Shown: one piece after another, positions 10,744 to 20,572 of the stretch | How the letters are laid out: each line of letters opens with the position of its first letter | How positions within the stretch are numbered: the stretch's first letter is position 1 | Assembly (NCBI GenBank): GCA_902768735.1 | Contig: CACXMK010000007.1 | Location: 10,725-74,724, forward strand | DNA: 64,000 nucleotides | Source of the DNA: an uncultured Lachnospiraceae bacterium | GTDB taxonomy: Bacteria; Bacillota; Clostridia; Lachnospirales; Lachnospiraceae | Direction: 5' to 3' | Program-made: the position numbers and the translations under genes | Notes under the pieces: generated by a model | Database searches by the model: none | Told to the model about the DNA's origin: nothing | What the model saw: only the letters and a program-made list of their open reading frames with translations

Positions 10744-11763
10744 TCACAGAAGAGCGATCTTCGCCTTTTCACAAGCTTCAATGACCTCCTGGGGCCAGAC
10801 TGAGCTGTGCACTTCCCCGATATGCGCCTTGCGCAAAAAGAACATACAGATACGGGACTGGCCGATACCGCCGCCGATCGTAAAGGGAAGCCTGTCTTCC
10901 AGGACCGCCTTTTGGAAAGGCAATTCGGCGCGCTCGGGGCATCCGGCCTTCTCCAGCTGTTCTCTGAGAGCCTGGGCGTCCACACGGATCCCCATCGAGG
11001 AGAGCTCGAGGGCGATGTCGAGAACGGGGTAGTAAACAATAATGTCCGCGTTCAGCTTCCAGTCGTCGTAGTCAGGAGCACGTCCGTCGTGCGGTTTGCC
11101 ATTCGCGAGTTTGTCGCCGATCTGCATCAGGCAGACAGCACCTTTCTCGCGGCAGATCAGGTACTCGCGCTCCTTCGGTGTTTTGTCAGGATAGAGGGCT
11201 TCCAGCTCGGAAGTTGTGAGGAAAAAGATGTCGTGGGGAAGGATCTCTTCGATATAGTCATAGCGGATCGCCATGTACTTCTCGGTCTTACGAAGGACGC
11301 GGTAGACATTCTTAACGATCGTCTGCAGTGTCTCGATCGTGCGCTCCTCTCTGGTGATGATCTTCTCCCAGTCCCACTGGTCTACGTAGATGGAATGGAT
11401 GTTGTCGGTATCTTCATCGCGGCGGATCGCGATCATATCCGTATAAAGTCCTTCTCCGACGCGAAAGCCGTACTTGTCAAGGGCATAGCGCTTCCATTTG
11501 GCGAGTGAATGGACGACCTCCGCTGTTTCTCCGGACTCCCTGATGTCAAAAGAGACCGGGCGCTCAACGCCGTTGAGGTTGTCGTTGAGACCGGATTCGG
11601 GGCGCACAAAGATAGGCGCGGAAACGCGGAGGAGATTGAGACGCTCCGAAAGGAGATTCTGAAAGAAATCCTTGACGGTCTTGATCGCGATCTGTGTCTC
11701 GTGAAGGTCAAGGGCAGATTCATAGTGCTCGGGGATGATCAGGTTCTCTATCATTTGTTCCAT
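10744..11763 (-). CDS. asnA: aspartate-ammonia ligase
   Basis: NDNLNGVERPV, VHSLAKWKR, VDQWDWEK, RAPDYDDW, TIGGGIGQSR motifs; start may instead be 11754. Confidence 0.95.
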   Translation of the reverse strand: MEQMIENLIIPEHYESALDLHETQIAIKTVKDFFQNLLSERLNLLRVSAPIFVRPESGLNDNLNGVERPVSFDIRESGETAEVVHSLAKWKRYALDKYGFRVGEGLYTDMIAIRRDEDTDNIHSIYVDQWDWEKIITREERTIETLQTIVKNVYRVLRKTEKYMAIRYDYIEEILPHDIFFLTTSELEALYPDKTPKEREYLICREKGAVCLMQIGDKLANGKPHDGRAPDYDDWKLNADIIVYYPVLDIALELSSMGIRVDAQALREQLEKAGCPERAELPFQKAVLEDRLPFTIGGGIGQSRICMFFLRKAHIGEVHSSVWPQEVIEACEKAKIALL

Positions 11764-11926
11764 AAGCAGCCTTTCCGCCGGCCGCGCTTCTGCGCGGACA
11801 GCCTTTCGAATGAGAGGTTTTAGAAGCAGGTCAGCCCTGCAGAGATTAAAAAACATCCATTATTTAAACGCAAATTCCAAAAAAAAGCAATAACAGGATG
11901 AAGAAAGGTTTGTTATACTTGACGAT

Positions 11927-14482
11927 ATGGGTAATGATATGGGCGAAGAAATCAGAATATCCGTCCGGGATCTCGTGGAATTTGTAATGCGCTCGGGAGA
12001 TCTGGATGAGAGGGCGGCAGGCATTTCCGAGGAAGCGATGCTGGAAGGGGCGAGAATGCACAGAAAGCTCCAGAAAGAGGAGGGGCCTGAGTATATGGCG
12101 GAAGTGCCGCTCTCGATCTATTATCCGATCCGCTTTCCTGAAGAAGACGTGAATGCAGCCGTAGCAGAGTCCTTTGGCGCGCAGCCGCAGGAAATGCTGC
12201 AGGGAGCCACTGTCTTTCTTGAGGGAAGGGCGGACGGGATCTTTTCGGGATGCGATCCTGAGAACCCGATCTTCGGAGAAGCTTGGACGATCGATGAGAT
12301 CAAGACAACATACAGAAGACTTTCCGCTTTAAAGGAACCTGAGCAGGTACATCTTGCGCAGGCAAAGTGTTATGCGTATATTTATCTGGTACAGAACCAT
12401 CTGGAATCGGTCAGGGTCAGAATGACGTACTGCAACCTTGTGACAGAACAGGTTCGAAGGTTTACCTCCGAGTATTCCGCGGCGGAGATCGAAAAGTGGT
12501 TCGACGGCCTGATGGAGGAGTATGCCCGCTGGGTACAGCTGGAGATCCAATGGAAACAGGTGAGGGACAGATCTCTCACACAGCTTGTGTTCCCTTTTCC
12601 CTACAGGCCCGGTCAGAAGGAACTGGCCGTACACGTCTATCACACGATCTGCCACGGACGAAAGCTCTTTTTAGAAGCTCCGACCGGGACCGGAAAGACG
12701 ATTTCCGCCATCTTTCCCGCGCTCAAAGCCATGGGAGAAGGAAAAGCAGACCGGCTTTTCTACTTTACCGCCAAATCCGTGACAGGGCAGGTCGCCCTTG
12801 AGACCTTTTCTCTTATGAGGGAGAACGGGCTGCGTCTTCGCAGCATCCAGCTGACCGCAAAGGAAAAGATCTGTCCGATGGAGAAAAAAACCTGCAACCC
12901 GGACGAATGCCCGAGAGCAAGAGGGCATTTCGACAGGGTCAATGAAGCTCTGTATGCGCTCCTCACTGAACAGGACGACGTGAGCAGGCAGGTCCTGGAA
13001 GCATACTCGGAAAAACACTGCGTATGCCCGTTCGAACTTGGGCTTGACGCTTCCCTTTTTGCAGACGCGATCGTGGGCGACTACAATTACCTGTTCGATC
13101 CTCACGCGCGGCTGAAGAGATTCTTCGCGGAAGGAAAGGGGAGGAGCAGGTATCTGTTTCTGGTCGATGAGGCGCATAACCTTGTCGAGAGGGGGCGGGA
13201 GATGAACAGCGCCTCGCTCTCGAGGGAGGAGTGCCGCGTCTTTCGAAGCGCCGTGAGGGGAATCTATCCGTCACTATGGAAGAAGCTGGGAAAGCTCGTC
13301 TCGGCGTATAAGCCCTTTCTGGAGCAGTTTTCGGAGGAGAACGGCCAGAGGGAGAAAGTCGCCTTTCCTGAAGAGATCGATGCCTTTGCTGATGCGGCTT
13401 ACAAGGTGATGGAGGAGATGCAGTCGATCCTCTACGAACAGAGAAGAGGTGCCGCACAGGGAAAAGCGGATCCCGCGCAGGCGCAGGAAAACTTCCTGTC
13501 GGCGTATTTTGACCTGTCCCACTTCCTGACGATCTACGAGGGAATGGACGAGGCATATCGGATCTATGTGCAGAAGAACGGCAGGGAGGACTGCGTGGTC
13601 AAGCTGTTCTGCGCGGACCCGTCGGGGAAACTCTCGGAGTGCCTTGAAAAAGGCGTCTCCAGCATCCTGTTCTCGGCGACGCTGCTCCCGATCCGGTATT
13701 ACAAGCGCCTTCTCGGAGGGAAAGAGGAGGATTACGAGGTCTACGCGAGGTCCTCGTTCGATCCGGAGAAGCTCGGCCTGTTTATTGCAGGAGATGTGAC
13801 GAGCAGGTACCGCGCGCGCGGCGCGGAACAGTATGGCAAAATAGCGGCGTGCATACGCAGCGTCGTCTCCCAAAGGCACGGCAACTACATGGTTTTTTTC
13901 CCCTCCTACGCGTTCATGGAAGAAGTCCTCGCGGAGTACCGGGAGCGGTGGCCGGAAGACGAAGAGACAGTATTTGCCGTACAGAGCCCGCAGATGACGG
14001 AAAAAGAGAGGCAGGCGTTCCTCGACCGCTTTAAAGAGAGCGGCACAGGCGGCAGTGAGAGCGGCGGCAAGAGCGCTGCGGAGAGCGGCTGTGACAAGAG
14101 CCTTCTGGGATTCTGTGTACTCGGAGGGGTCTTCAGCGAGGGGATCGATCTGCGGCAGGACAGACTGATCGGTTCCCTTGTAGTGGGCACCGGTTTCCCG
14201 CAGATCTGTGTGGAGAGAGAGATCTTAAAGCGCTATTTTGACGAAAAGGGCGAGAACGGATTTGACTACGCTTACCGGCTGCCGGGCATGAACAAGGTGC
14301 TGCAGGCGGCGGGAAGAGTGATCCGGACAGCCGACGATGTGGGCGTCGTCGTGCTGATGGACGAGCGATTCCTGACGGGACAGTACAGGAGACTGTATCC
14401 AGCTGAATGGCAGGAAATCAGGTTTACCAACAGCTTGGAGATTGGGGATAAAGTGTCCAGATTTTGGGATGAATGGCTGTAA
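11927..14482 (+). CDS. DinG/Rad3/XPD-family Fe-S helicase with an N-terminal PD-(D/E)xK nuclease domain
   Basis: APTGTGKT, DEAHN, SATL, FFPSY, EGID, QAAGRVIR helicase motifs; four-Cys cluster; N-terminal GRADG..IDEIKT..HLAQ..Y. Confidence 0.88.
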   Translation: MGNDMGEEIRISVRDLVEFVMRSGDLDERAAGISEEAMLEGARMHRKLQKEEGPEYMAEVPLSIYYPIRFPEEDVNAAVAESFGAQPQEMLQGATVFLEGRADGIFSGCDPENPIFGEAWTIDEIKTTYRRLSALKEPEQVHLAQAKCYAYIYLVQNHLESVRVRMTYCNLVTEQVRRFTSEYSAAEIEKWFDGLMEEYARWVQLEIQWKQVRDRSLTQLVFPFPYRPGQKELAVHVYHTICHGRKLFLEAPTGTGKTISAIFPALKAMGEGKADRLFYFTAKSVTGQVALETFSLMRENGLRLRSIQLTAKEKICPMEKKTCNPDECPRARGHFDRVNEALYALLTEQDDVSRQVLEAYSEKHCVCPFELGLDASLFADAIVGDYNYLFDPHARLKRFFAEGKGRSRYLFLVDEAHNLVERGREMNSASLSREECRVFRSAVRGIYPSLWKKLGKLVSAYKPFLEQFSEENGQREKVAFPEEIDAFADAAYKVMEEMQSILYEQRRGAAQGKADPAQAQENFLSAYFDLSHFLTIYEGMDEAYRIYVQKNGREDCVVKLFCADPSGKLSECLEKGVSSILFSATLLPIRYYKRLLGGKEEDYEVYARSSFDPEKLGLFIAGDVTSRYRARGAEQYGKIAACIRSVVSQRHGNYMVFFPSYAFMEEVLAEYRERWPEDEETVFAVQSPQMTEKERQAFLDRFKESGTGGSESGGKSAAESGCDKSLLGFCVLGGVFSEGIDLRQDRLIGSLVVGTGFPQICVEREILKRYFDEKGENGFDYAYRLPGMNKVLQAAGRVIRTADDVGVVVLMDERFLTGQYRRLYPAEWQEIRFTNSLEIGDKVSRFWDEWL

Positions 14483-14582
14483 TTGTGGATAACTTTGTGG
14501 ACAATGGGGATTTCTTTATGGAAATTTTACAATTATCCCTTGAAAAAAGTTAAAGAATATGATAATAGGAGGACCAACCGTA

Positions 14583-15893
14583 ATGTGGGCAGAAGAGAGC
14601 GTAATATATCAGATCTATCCATTGGGTATGTGCGGCGCGCCGTACGAAAATGACGGAATACAGGCGCACAGGATCCTGGAAGTGAAGGCCTGGATCCCGC
14701 ATCTTACAAAACTCGGGATCACAGCAGTCTACTTCTGCCCGGTCTTTGAATCTGATACGCACGGCTACAACACAAGGGACTATAAGAAGATCGACTGCAG
14801 GCTCGGCACGAACGAGGACTTCAAAGAGGTCTGCGACGCGCTTCACGAAGCAGGGATCCGCGTGATCCTGGACGGAGTGTTCAACCACGTAGGCCGCGGC
14901 TTCACGCAGTTTGCCGATGTGCTGAAAAGAAAATGGGAGTCACCGTACAGGGACTGGTTCAATGTAAGCTTTGACGGGAATTCCCCTTATAACGACGGAC
15001 TGTGGTACGAGGGCTGGGAAGGCCACTATGATCTTGTAAAGCTCAATCTCAGAAATGAGGAAGTGATCGCGCACCTGTTTGACGCGATAAAGTACTGGGT
15101 GGAATATTTCGATATCGACGGGCTTCGCCTTGACGTAGCGTACTGCCTCGACAGGAACTTCATCCGGAGGCTGCGCGGTTTCACGGATTCCCTGAAGCAG
15201 GATTTCTACCTGATCGGCGAGATCCTCGGCGGCGACTACAAGACGATCATGGGCGAGGGAATGCTCCACTCAGCGACGAACTACGAGTGCTACAAGGGGC
15301 TGTTCTCGAGCTTCAACAGCATGAATATGTTCGAGGTCAATCACTCACTCATGCGCCAGTTCGGCTCTGACCCGTGGTGCCTGTACAGGGGCTTCCATCT
15401 GCTGTCCTTTGTCGACAACCACGATGTGACGAGAGTGGCGAGTGTTTTGACAGAGCAGAAGCATCTGCCGCTGATCTATGCGCTGGCGTTCGGCATGCCG
15501 GGCATCCCCTGCGTCTACTACGGCAGCGAGTGGGGCATCGAAGGCCATAAGAAACAGGGAGACCCCGCGCTCCGGCCCCGGATCGAAAAGCCGGAGTGGA
15601 ATGAACTGACGTCGTGGATCGCGAAGCTCGCTTCTGCCAAAAAAGCGTCAAAAGCCCTGTGTTACGGCGATTTCAGAAGCGTCGTCCTGACAAATAAGCA
15701 GTGCATCTTTGAGAGAAAGAGCGAGGACGAGCGGGTCATGGTGGCGATCAACGCGGACAAAGAGGAATATGTGGCGCACTTTGACGCCGGCTGCGGCACG
15801 GCGGTAGACCTGATCACCGGCAAGCCGCACGATTTTGGCGGCGGATCGAGGCTCCCCGCATACAGCGCGGCATTTTGGAAAATGGAAAAGTAA
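14583..15893 (+). CDS. GH13 alpha-amylase family glycosidase (neopullulanase/maltodextrin glucosidase-like)
   Basis: HGY, DGVFNH, DGLRLDVA, FVDNHD conserved regions; GGAGG RBS before ATG 14583. Confidence 0.9.
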   Translation: MWAEESVIYQIYPLGMCGAPYENDGIQAHRILEVKAWIPHLTKLGITAVYFCPVFESDTHGYNTRDYKKIDCRLGTNEDFKEVCDALHEAGIRVILDGVFNHVGRGFTQFADVLKRKWESPYRDWFNVSFDGNSPYNDGLWYEGWEGHYDLVKLNLRNEEVIAHLFDAIKYWVEYFDIDGLRLDVAYCLDRNFIRRLRGFTDSLKQDFYLIGEILGGDYKTIMGEGMLHSATNYECYKGLFSSFNSMNMFEVNHSLMRQFGSDPWCLYRGFHLLSFVDNHDVTRVASVLTEQKHLPLIYALAFGMPGIPCVYYGSEWGIEGHKKQGDPALRPRIEKPEWNELTSWIAKLASAKKASKALCYGDFRSVVLTNKQCIFERKSEDERVMVAINADKEEYVAHFDAGCGTAVDLITGKPHDFGGGSRLPAYSAAFWKMEK

Positions 15894-15938
15894 GCCTGCG
15901 GCGGCAAGCCGTTTTTGAAAACAGAAAGAGGGTGTGAT

Positions 15939-16634
15939 ATGAGCATAAAAATAATCCTGATCGCAGCACTGCTTCCGTGCGCTGTCCTGTTGCATTACAT
16001 TTACAGGAAGGATGCGATCGAAAAGGAGCCGACGAACCTTCTGGTCAAGCTTTTGGCGTTCGGCTGCCTGTCGACGATCCCGGCGATCGTTTTGGAATCG
16101 GTAGGGACTACTGTCCTCTCCAATATCTTCTATCAGAGCTCCCTGCTCTACATTTTCCTCGAGAACTTCATCGTGGTTGCTGTGTCGGAGGAGATCTGCA
16201 AGAGGTTCATGCTCAAAATGCTCAGCTGGAGGCATCCGGCCTTCAACTACGTATTTGACGGAGTGGTCTACGCGGTCTTTGTCTCCCTGGGCTTTGCGGC
16301 GCTGGAAAATGTCGGCTATATCCTGAGTTTTGGCCTTGAGGTCGCGCCGATCCGCGGACTGGCGGCCATCCCCCTGCACGCGATCTGCGGCCTGTTCATG
16401 GGTCACTGGTATGGACTTGCGAAGTATTTTGAGAATATCGGGGAATACGGGCGCTCAAGGAGCAGTATGGGGTTGAGCCTTCTGATCCCGGTACTGATCC
16501 ACGGATTCTATGATTTCTGCGCATCTGTGAACAGCGAGATGATGGGATATATCTGGCTGCTCTTCGTCGTGATCGTCGATATCATTGCGATCAGGGCAGT
16601 GAAGCAGTATTCGAAGACGGATCAGCCGCTGTGA
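15939..16634 (+). CDS. PrsW-family intramembrane metalloprotease
   Basis: EEICK, GFAALEN, H, HGFYD motifs; multiple TM helices. Confidence 0.9.
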   Translation: MSIKIILIAALLPCAVLLHYIYRKDAIEKEPTNLLVKLLAFGCLSTIPAIVLESVGTTVLSNIFYQSSLLYIFLENFIVVAVSEEICKRFMLKMLSWRHPAFNYVFDGVVYAVFVSLGFAALENVGYILSFGLEVAPIRGLAAIPLHAICGLFMGHWYGLAKYFENIGEYGRSRSSMGLSLLIPVLIHGFYDFCASVNSEMMGYIWLLFVVIVDIIAIRAVKQYSKTDQPL

Positions 16635-16718
16635 GACGCAGAAGAGAATTGTATGCGTAAAGTTTCAGGAAACAGGTGATCCCCAAAAACTGCTGATTCG
16701 AAAAGTTAAAGAAAGTAG

Positions 16719-16747
16719 TTGACACGCGGTGGACGCTGAGGTATATT
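16719..16747 (+). promoter_or_regulatory. sigma-A promoter of the tandem tRNA-Gly genes
   Basis: TTGACA-17 nt-TATATT. Confidence 0.8.
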
Positions 16748-16780
16748 AATTGGTGTCCACCGCGAAAAGCGGCAGCAAAT

Positions 16781-16853
16781 GCGATAGTAGTACAGTTGGT
16801 AGTACGCCACCTTGCCAAGGTGGAGGTCGCGAGTTCGAGCCTCGTCTATCGCT
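16781..16853 (+). tRNA. tRNA-Gly(GCC), copy 1
   Basis: GCGATAG/CTATCGC acceptor; CCACC-TTGCCAA-GGTGG anticodon arm. Confidence 0.95.
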
Positions 16854-16887
16854 CTGATGGAGAGCATTCCGTCACAATTTCATAAAT

Positions 16888-16960
16888 GCGATAGTAGTAC
16901 AGTTGGTAGTACGCCACCTTGCCAAGGTGGAGGTCGCGAGTTCGAGCCTCGTCTATCGCT
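16888..16960 (+). tRNA. tRNA-Gly(GCC), copy 2 (identical to copy 1)
   Basis: Exact repeat of 16781-16853. Confidence 0.95.
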
Positions 16961-16965
16961 CTAAG

Positions 16966-16994
16966 GGAATCGGTAATCGCCGATTCCTTTTTTT
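16966..16994 (+). terminator. terminator of the tRNA-Gly pair
   Basis: GGAATCGG-TAATCG-CCGATTCC followed by a T run. Confidence 0.85.
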
Positions 16995-17028
16995 AAGCGT
17001 AAGCAATGAGCCATGCATGAACAGAACG

Positions 17029-17070
17029 AAAGGCATCCGCCCGGGTGCTCGCACACGGGCGGATGCCTTT
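17029..17070. terminator. 15-bp-stem hairpin, probable terminator of the M18 peptidase gene
   Basis: AAAGGCATCCGCCCG...CGGGCGGATGCCTTT. Confidence 0.6.
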
Positions 17071-17154
17071 AAGACCGGATGTAAGCCGCGAATGCCGCGA
17101 CTGTGAAAAGCCGCAGGCTGCGAACCTGCCGGTATGGCTCATTTCATGATCGCT

Positions 17155-18555
17155 CTAAACGATCACCAGACAATCCCTTCCCTCATTCCTTAGCGCCGAG
17201 GAGAAAAAGACCTCCATCACCTTGCTCATATACAGGGTATCTCCGGTTCCGGCCGTCTCGTAAGCTGAATGCATCGCGAGCTGCGGAAGTCCCACATCTG
17301 CTGTGGAGACAGAGAAATGCGTCATGGACTGGTGGCCCAGCGTGGAACCGCCGAGAATATCGGAGCGGTTCGTGAATTCCTGGCAGGGAACGCCCGCCCT
17401 GTGACAGACTTCCTTGAAAACGGCAGCAGCAACGGCATCTGTCGTGTAACGCAGGGAAGCGTTGTATTTGAGAACGGGACCTTTATTGAGACCGGGGCGG
17501 TTCACCGGATCCGCTTTGTCCGGGTAATTGGGGTGCACCGCGTGCGCGTTGTCCGCGCTGATCATAAAGGAGCCGACAGTCATGATCCGGAACTGCTCGT
17601 CGCTCCATGAGAGGGCGTTGCCGATCCGGTGAAGGATATCCGAGAGATAGCCGGAATCCGCGCCCTGCCTGGAACGGGAGCCGACTTCCTCGTTGTCAAA
17701 GACGGCGAGGACGGGAATAGCCCCCGCTTCCGGTGTTTTGTCCTGTGCTGCGAGGAAGCCCTTGAGATCCGCGAACCCGCACTGCAGGTCATCCAGTCGT
17801 CCGGCGGATAAAAACTCGTTCTTTGCGCCCCAGATCGCGCCCCGCCCCCTGACGTACAGGTACAGGTCGTGGGCGAGGATCTCCTCAGCGGCACAGCCCG
17901 CTTCGCGGGCGATCAGTTCCATGAAGGAGCCTTCGGAACCTGTAAGGCCGTAGATCGGCAGCAGGTCCTTCTGCAGGTTGAGGGTCTGTCCCTCGTTCAT
18001 CTGCCTTTCCATATGGATGGCGAGCCGGGGGATCATCACCAGATCCCTGTCGACGCGGACCAGACGGGACTCGAGGCCGTGCGCTGTGCGGACAACGACC
18101 CTTCCCGCGACGGAAAGCGGGCGGTCGAACCAGGACTGCATGATAAGGCCGCCGTATTTTTCCACATTGAGGCGGATGTATCCGTTCCCGGTCATCTCCG
18201 GGTTGACCTTGATCTTCAGGGACGGGCTGTCCGTATGGCTTGCACCGATCATAAACCCGGTCGGCGCTGAGTGCGGCAGCCGGAACGCAATAATGGACGA
18301 CTCCCCGCGCACGGCAAAATAGCGTCCGCCCTTTTTAAGCGTCCATGGAGCGGATTCCCTGAGTTCTTCATAGCCCTCCCCGAGCAGGATTTTGCGGATC
18401 GTGTCGGCCGCATGATAGGAAGTGGGGCATTTCTGCAGGAAATCGAGCAGCTCTTCATTGATCTCTTTATTGCTCTCTTTATTGCTCTCTTTATTGATCT
18501 CTTTGTCGATCGTGTCATCTGACCGGTTTTGAGCCGGTAAATCTGTCAATGTCAT
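17155..18555 (-). CDS. M18 family (aspartyl) aminopeptidase
   Basis: HTDSP, RLDD, DNEEVGS, SADNAHAVHPNY, GSTLG, LAMHS motifs. Confidence 0.92.
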   Translation of the reverse strand: MTLTDLPAQNRSDDTIDKEINKESNKESNKEINEELLDFLQKCPTSYHAADTIRKILLGEGYEELRESAPWTLKKGGRYFAVRGESSIIAFRLPHSAPTGFMIGASHTDSPSLKIKVNPEMTGNGYIRLNVEKYGGLIMQSWFDRPLSVAGRVVVRTAHGLESRLVRVDRDLVMIPRLAIHMERQMNEGQTLNLQKDLLPIYGLTGSEGSFMELIAREAGCAAEEILAHDLYLYVRGRGAIWGAKNEFLSAGRLDDLQCGFADLKGFLAAQDKTPEAGAIPVLAVFDNEEVGSRSRQGADSGYLSDILHRIGNALSWSDEQFRIMTVGSFMISADNAHAVHPNYPDKADPVNRPGLNKGPVLKYNASLRYTTDAVAAAVFKEVCHRAGVPCQEFTNRSDILGGSTLGHQSMTHFSVSTADVGLPQLAMHSAYETAGTGDTLYMSKVMEVFFSSALRNEGRDCLVIV

Positions 18556-18611
18556 AATTGCCTCCGGAAAACAGTATCAGTTAACTTTCATTATAGCATG
18601 TTTTGCCCTGA

Positions 18612-18646
18612 AAGTGAGACAAAGGGTCTGTCCCTTTGTCTCACTT
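18612..18646. repeat. perfect 15-bp-arm palindrome (REP-like) in a divergent intergenic region
   Basis: AAGTGAGACAAAGGG-TCTGT-CCCTTTGTCTCACTT. Confidence 0.7.
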
Positions 18647-18798
18647 CCGGACACAAAAAAAACACAGGGATCGCCGGTCAAAAACCACACATTTACTTGT
18701 AAAAAACCGGGCAATGCACTACAATGTTCACGGCAGACAAAAGGGCGCAATGCCCCACATTGACTCCCGGAAGGGGAGCAGTGATGAAAGGAGAGTTT

Positions 18799-20406
18799 AT
18801 GAAAAAGAGAATACTAGCAGGAATCCTTGCTGTAAGCCTGGTGGGTGCACTTTTCACCGGATGCGGTAAAGGCGCTTCACAGAGTGGAAGCAGCTCCAGC
18901 GCTGCGCCTGCGGAAGGCACAGAGCAGACCGCGGATGGCGCCGGACAGGCGGCATCGGAAACCGTGGAGCAGACAGCCAGGGCAAAAGCCAATGAAGTAG
19001 TCATCGGCATTGCCCAGGATCTTGATCAGAGCCTGGATCCCCACTACACAGTGGCGGCAGGCACCAAAGAAGTCATGTTCAACGTCTTTGAGGGACTTGT
19101 CAAGTATGATTCCAACGGCGATACCATCCCTGCGGTGGCATCGGACGTCGCGATCTCTGATGACGGTCTCGTCTATACGTTTACCCTTCGCGACGGCGTA
19201 AAGTTCCACAACGGAGATACCGTGGATCTTGACGACGTTATCTATTCTGTTACCCGCTGCAAGGAAGACCCCAACGTCAACCCTCAGACATCCAAAGGAC
19301 TGGCTTGCATTGCGAGTCTTGAGAAGGATGGAGACAACAAGCTTGTGATGACGCTCTCTGAGCCCAACACAGAGCTTATGTCACTGCTCACGCTTGCGAT
19401 CCTCCCCGCTGATTATGACAAACAGGACACGGCGCCCGTTGGCACCGGTCCTTATAAATTCATCTCCCGTACGGCACAGGAATCTGTCGAGCTCGAGAAA
19501 TTCGGGGACTACTGGGGCACGCCCGGTAACATCGACAAGGTCACCTATAAGATCAACGAGAGCGCGGAAGGCCTGATCATGGGGCTTCAGAGCGGTGCGC
19601 TGGATCTTGTCTCTCACCTGACTATCACGCAGACGCAGGAACTGGGTACAGATGATTTCAATATCGAGCAGGGCTCTATGAACCTCGTACAGGCCCTCTA
19701 CCTTAATAACGCGAGGGCTCCTTTTGACAACGAGCTGGTGCGCCAGGCGATCTGCTATGCCGTTGACAGGCAGGGCGTTCTGGATATGGCGTTTGACGGT
19801 CTGGGATTCCCGATCGGCTCCAATGTGTTCCCGGCGTTCACGAAGTATTTTGACGAGAGCCTTACAGACTACTACGACCACAACCCGGATAAGGCGAAGG
19901 AGCTTCTGACACAGGCAGGCTATCCCGACGGATTTGATCTGGTCATCACGGTTCCCGCGAACTACCAGCCCCACTGCGATACGGGAGAAGTGATCGCGGA
20001 GCAGCTCAAGGAAGTAGGCATTAACGCGACGCTGGATAAAGTCGAGTGGAACACCTGGCTTGAGAAGACCTATTCCGGAAGAGATTTCCAGGCGACCGTG
20101 ATCGGACTGACGGCAGACCCGCTGACAGCGAGAAGCCTTCTGGAGAGATTTACTTCCACAGCAAATAACAACTTCATTAACTACAACAACGCGGATTACG
20201 ATGCTCTGTTCGAGCAGGCAGTCAAGTGTTATGACGACCAGGAACAGGTGAAGATCTACAAGGAAATGGAGAAGAACCTGACCGAGCACGCGGCGAACGT
20301 CTATATCCAGGATATGGCGGACCTGATCGCTGTTCGCAAAGGACTGACGGGTCTTACCTTCTATCCGCTGTATGTCCTCGACGTATCCACGCTGAAATGG
20401 CAGTGA
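18799..20406 (+). CDS. peptide/nickel ABC transporter substrate-binding lipoprotein (family 5)
   Basis: Lipobox LFTGC; FTLRDGVKFHNG, GTGPY, VRQAI motifs; RBS before ATG 18799. Confidence 0.92.
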   Translation: MKKRILAGILAVSLVGALFTGCGKGASQSGSSSSAAPAEGTEQTADGAGQAASETVEQTARAKANEVVIGIAQDLDQSLDPHYTVAAGTKEVMFNVFEGLVKYDSNGDTIPAVASDVAISDDGLVYTFTLRDGVKFHNGDTVDLDDVIYSVTRCKEDPNVNPQTSKGLACIASLEKDGDNKLVMTLSEPNTELMSLLTLAILPADYDKQDTAPVGTGPYKFISRTAQESVELEKFGDYWGTPGNIDKVTYKINESAEGLIMGLQSGALDLVSHLTITQTQELGTDDFNIEQGSMNLVQALYLNNARAPFDNELVRQAICYAVDRQGVLDMAFDGLGFPIGSNVFPAFTKYFDESLTDYYDHNPDKAKELLTQAGYPDGFDLVITVPANYQPHCDTGEVIAEQLKEVGINATLDKVEWNTWLEKTYSGRDFQATVIGLTADPLTARSLLERFTSTANNNFINYNNADYDALFEQAVKCYDDQEQVKIYKEMEKNLTEHAANVYIQDMADLIAVRKGLTGLTFYPLYVLDVSTLKWQ

Positions 20407-20572
20407 CGCTGACAGTATTCCGGAACCGGACTGCATAAAAATCGCGCAGCAATAGGATTTTTCTTATTGCTGCGCTTCTTGCTTGTCAGCAGTGAGCTGA
20501 GAGCTGCGAACATGCCGGCGCGGCTCATTGCCCGGACACCCTCCATGTCAAATAGAGAAAGGAGCCTCAGCT

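Noticed and set aside
16781-16960. Exact 73-bp direct repeat that could suggest a CRISPR array or att site
   Set aside because: Both copies are complete tRNA-Gly genes in one promoter-terminator unit; no cas or integrase genes nearby.
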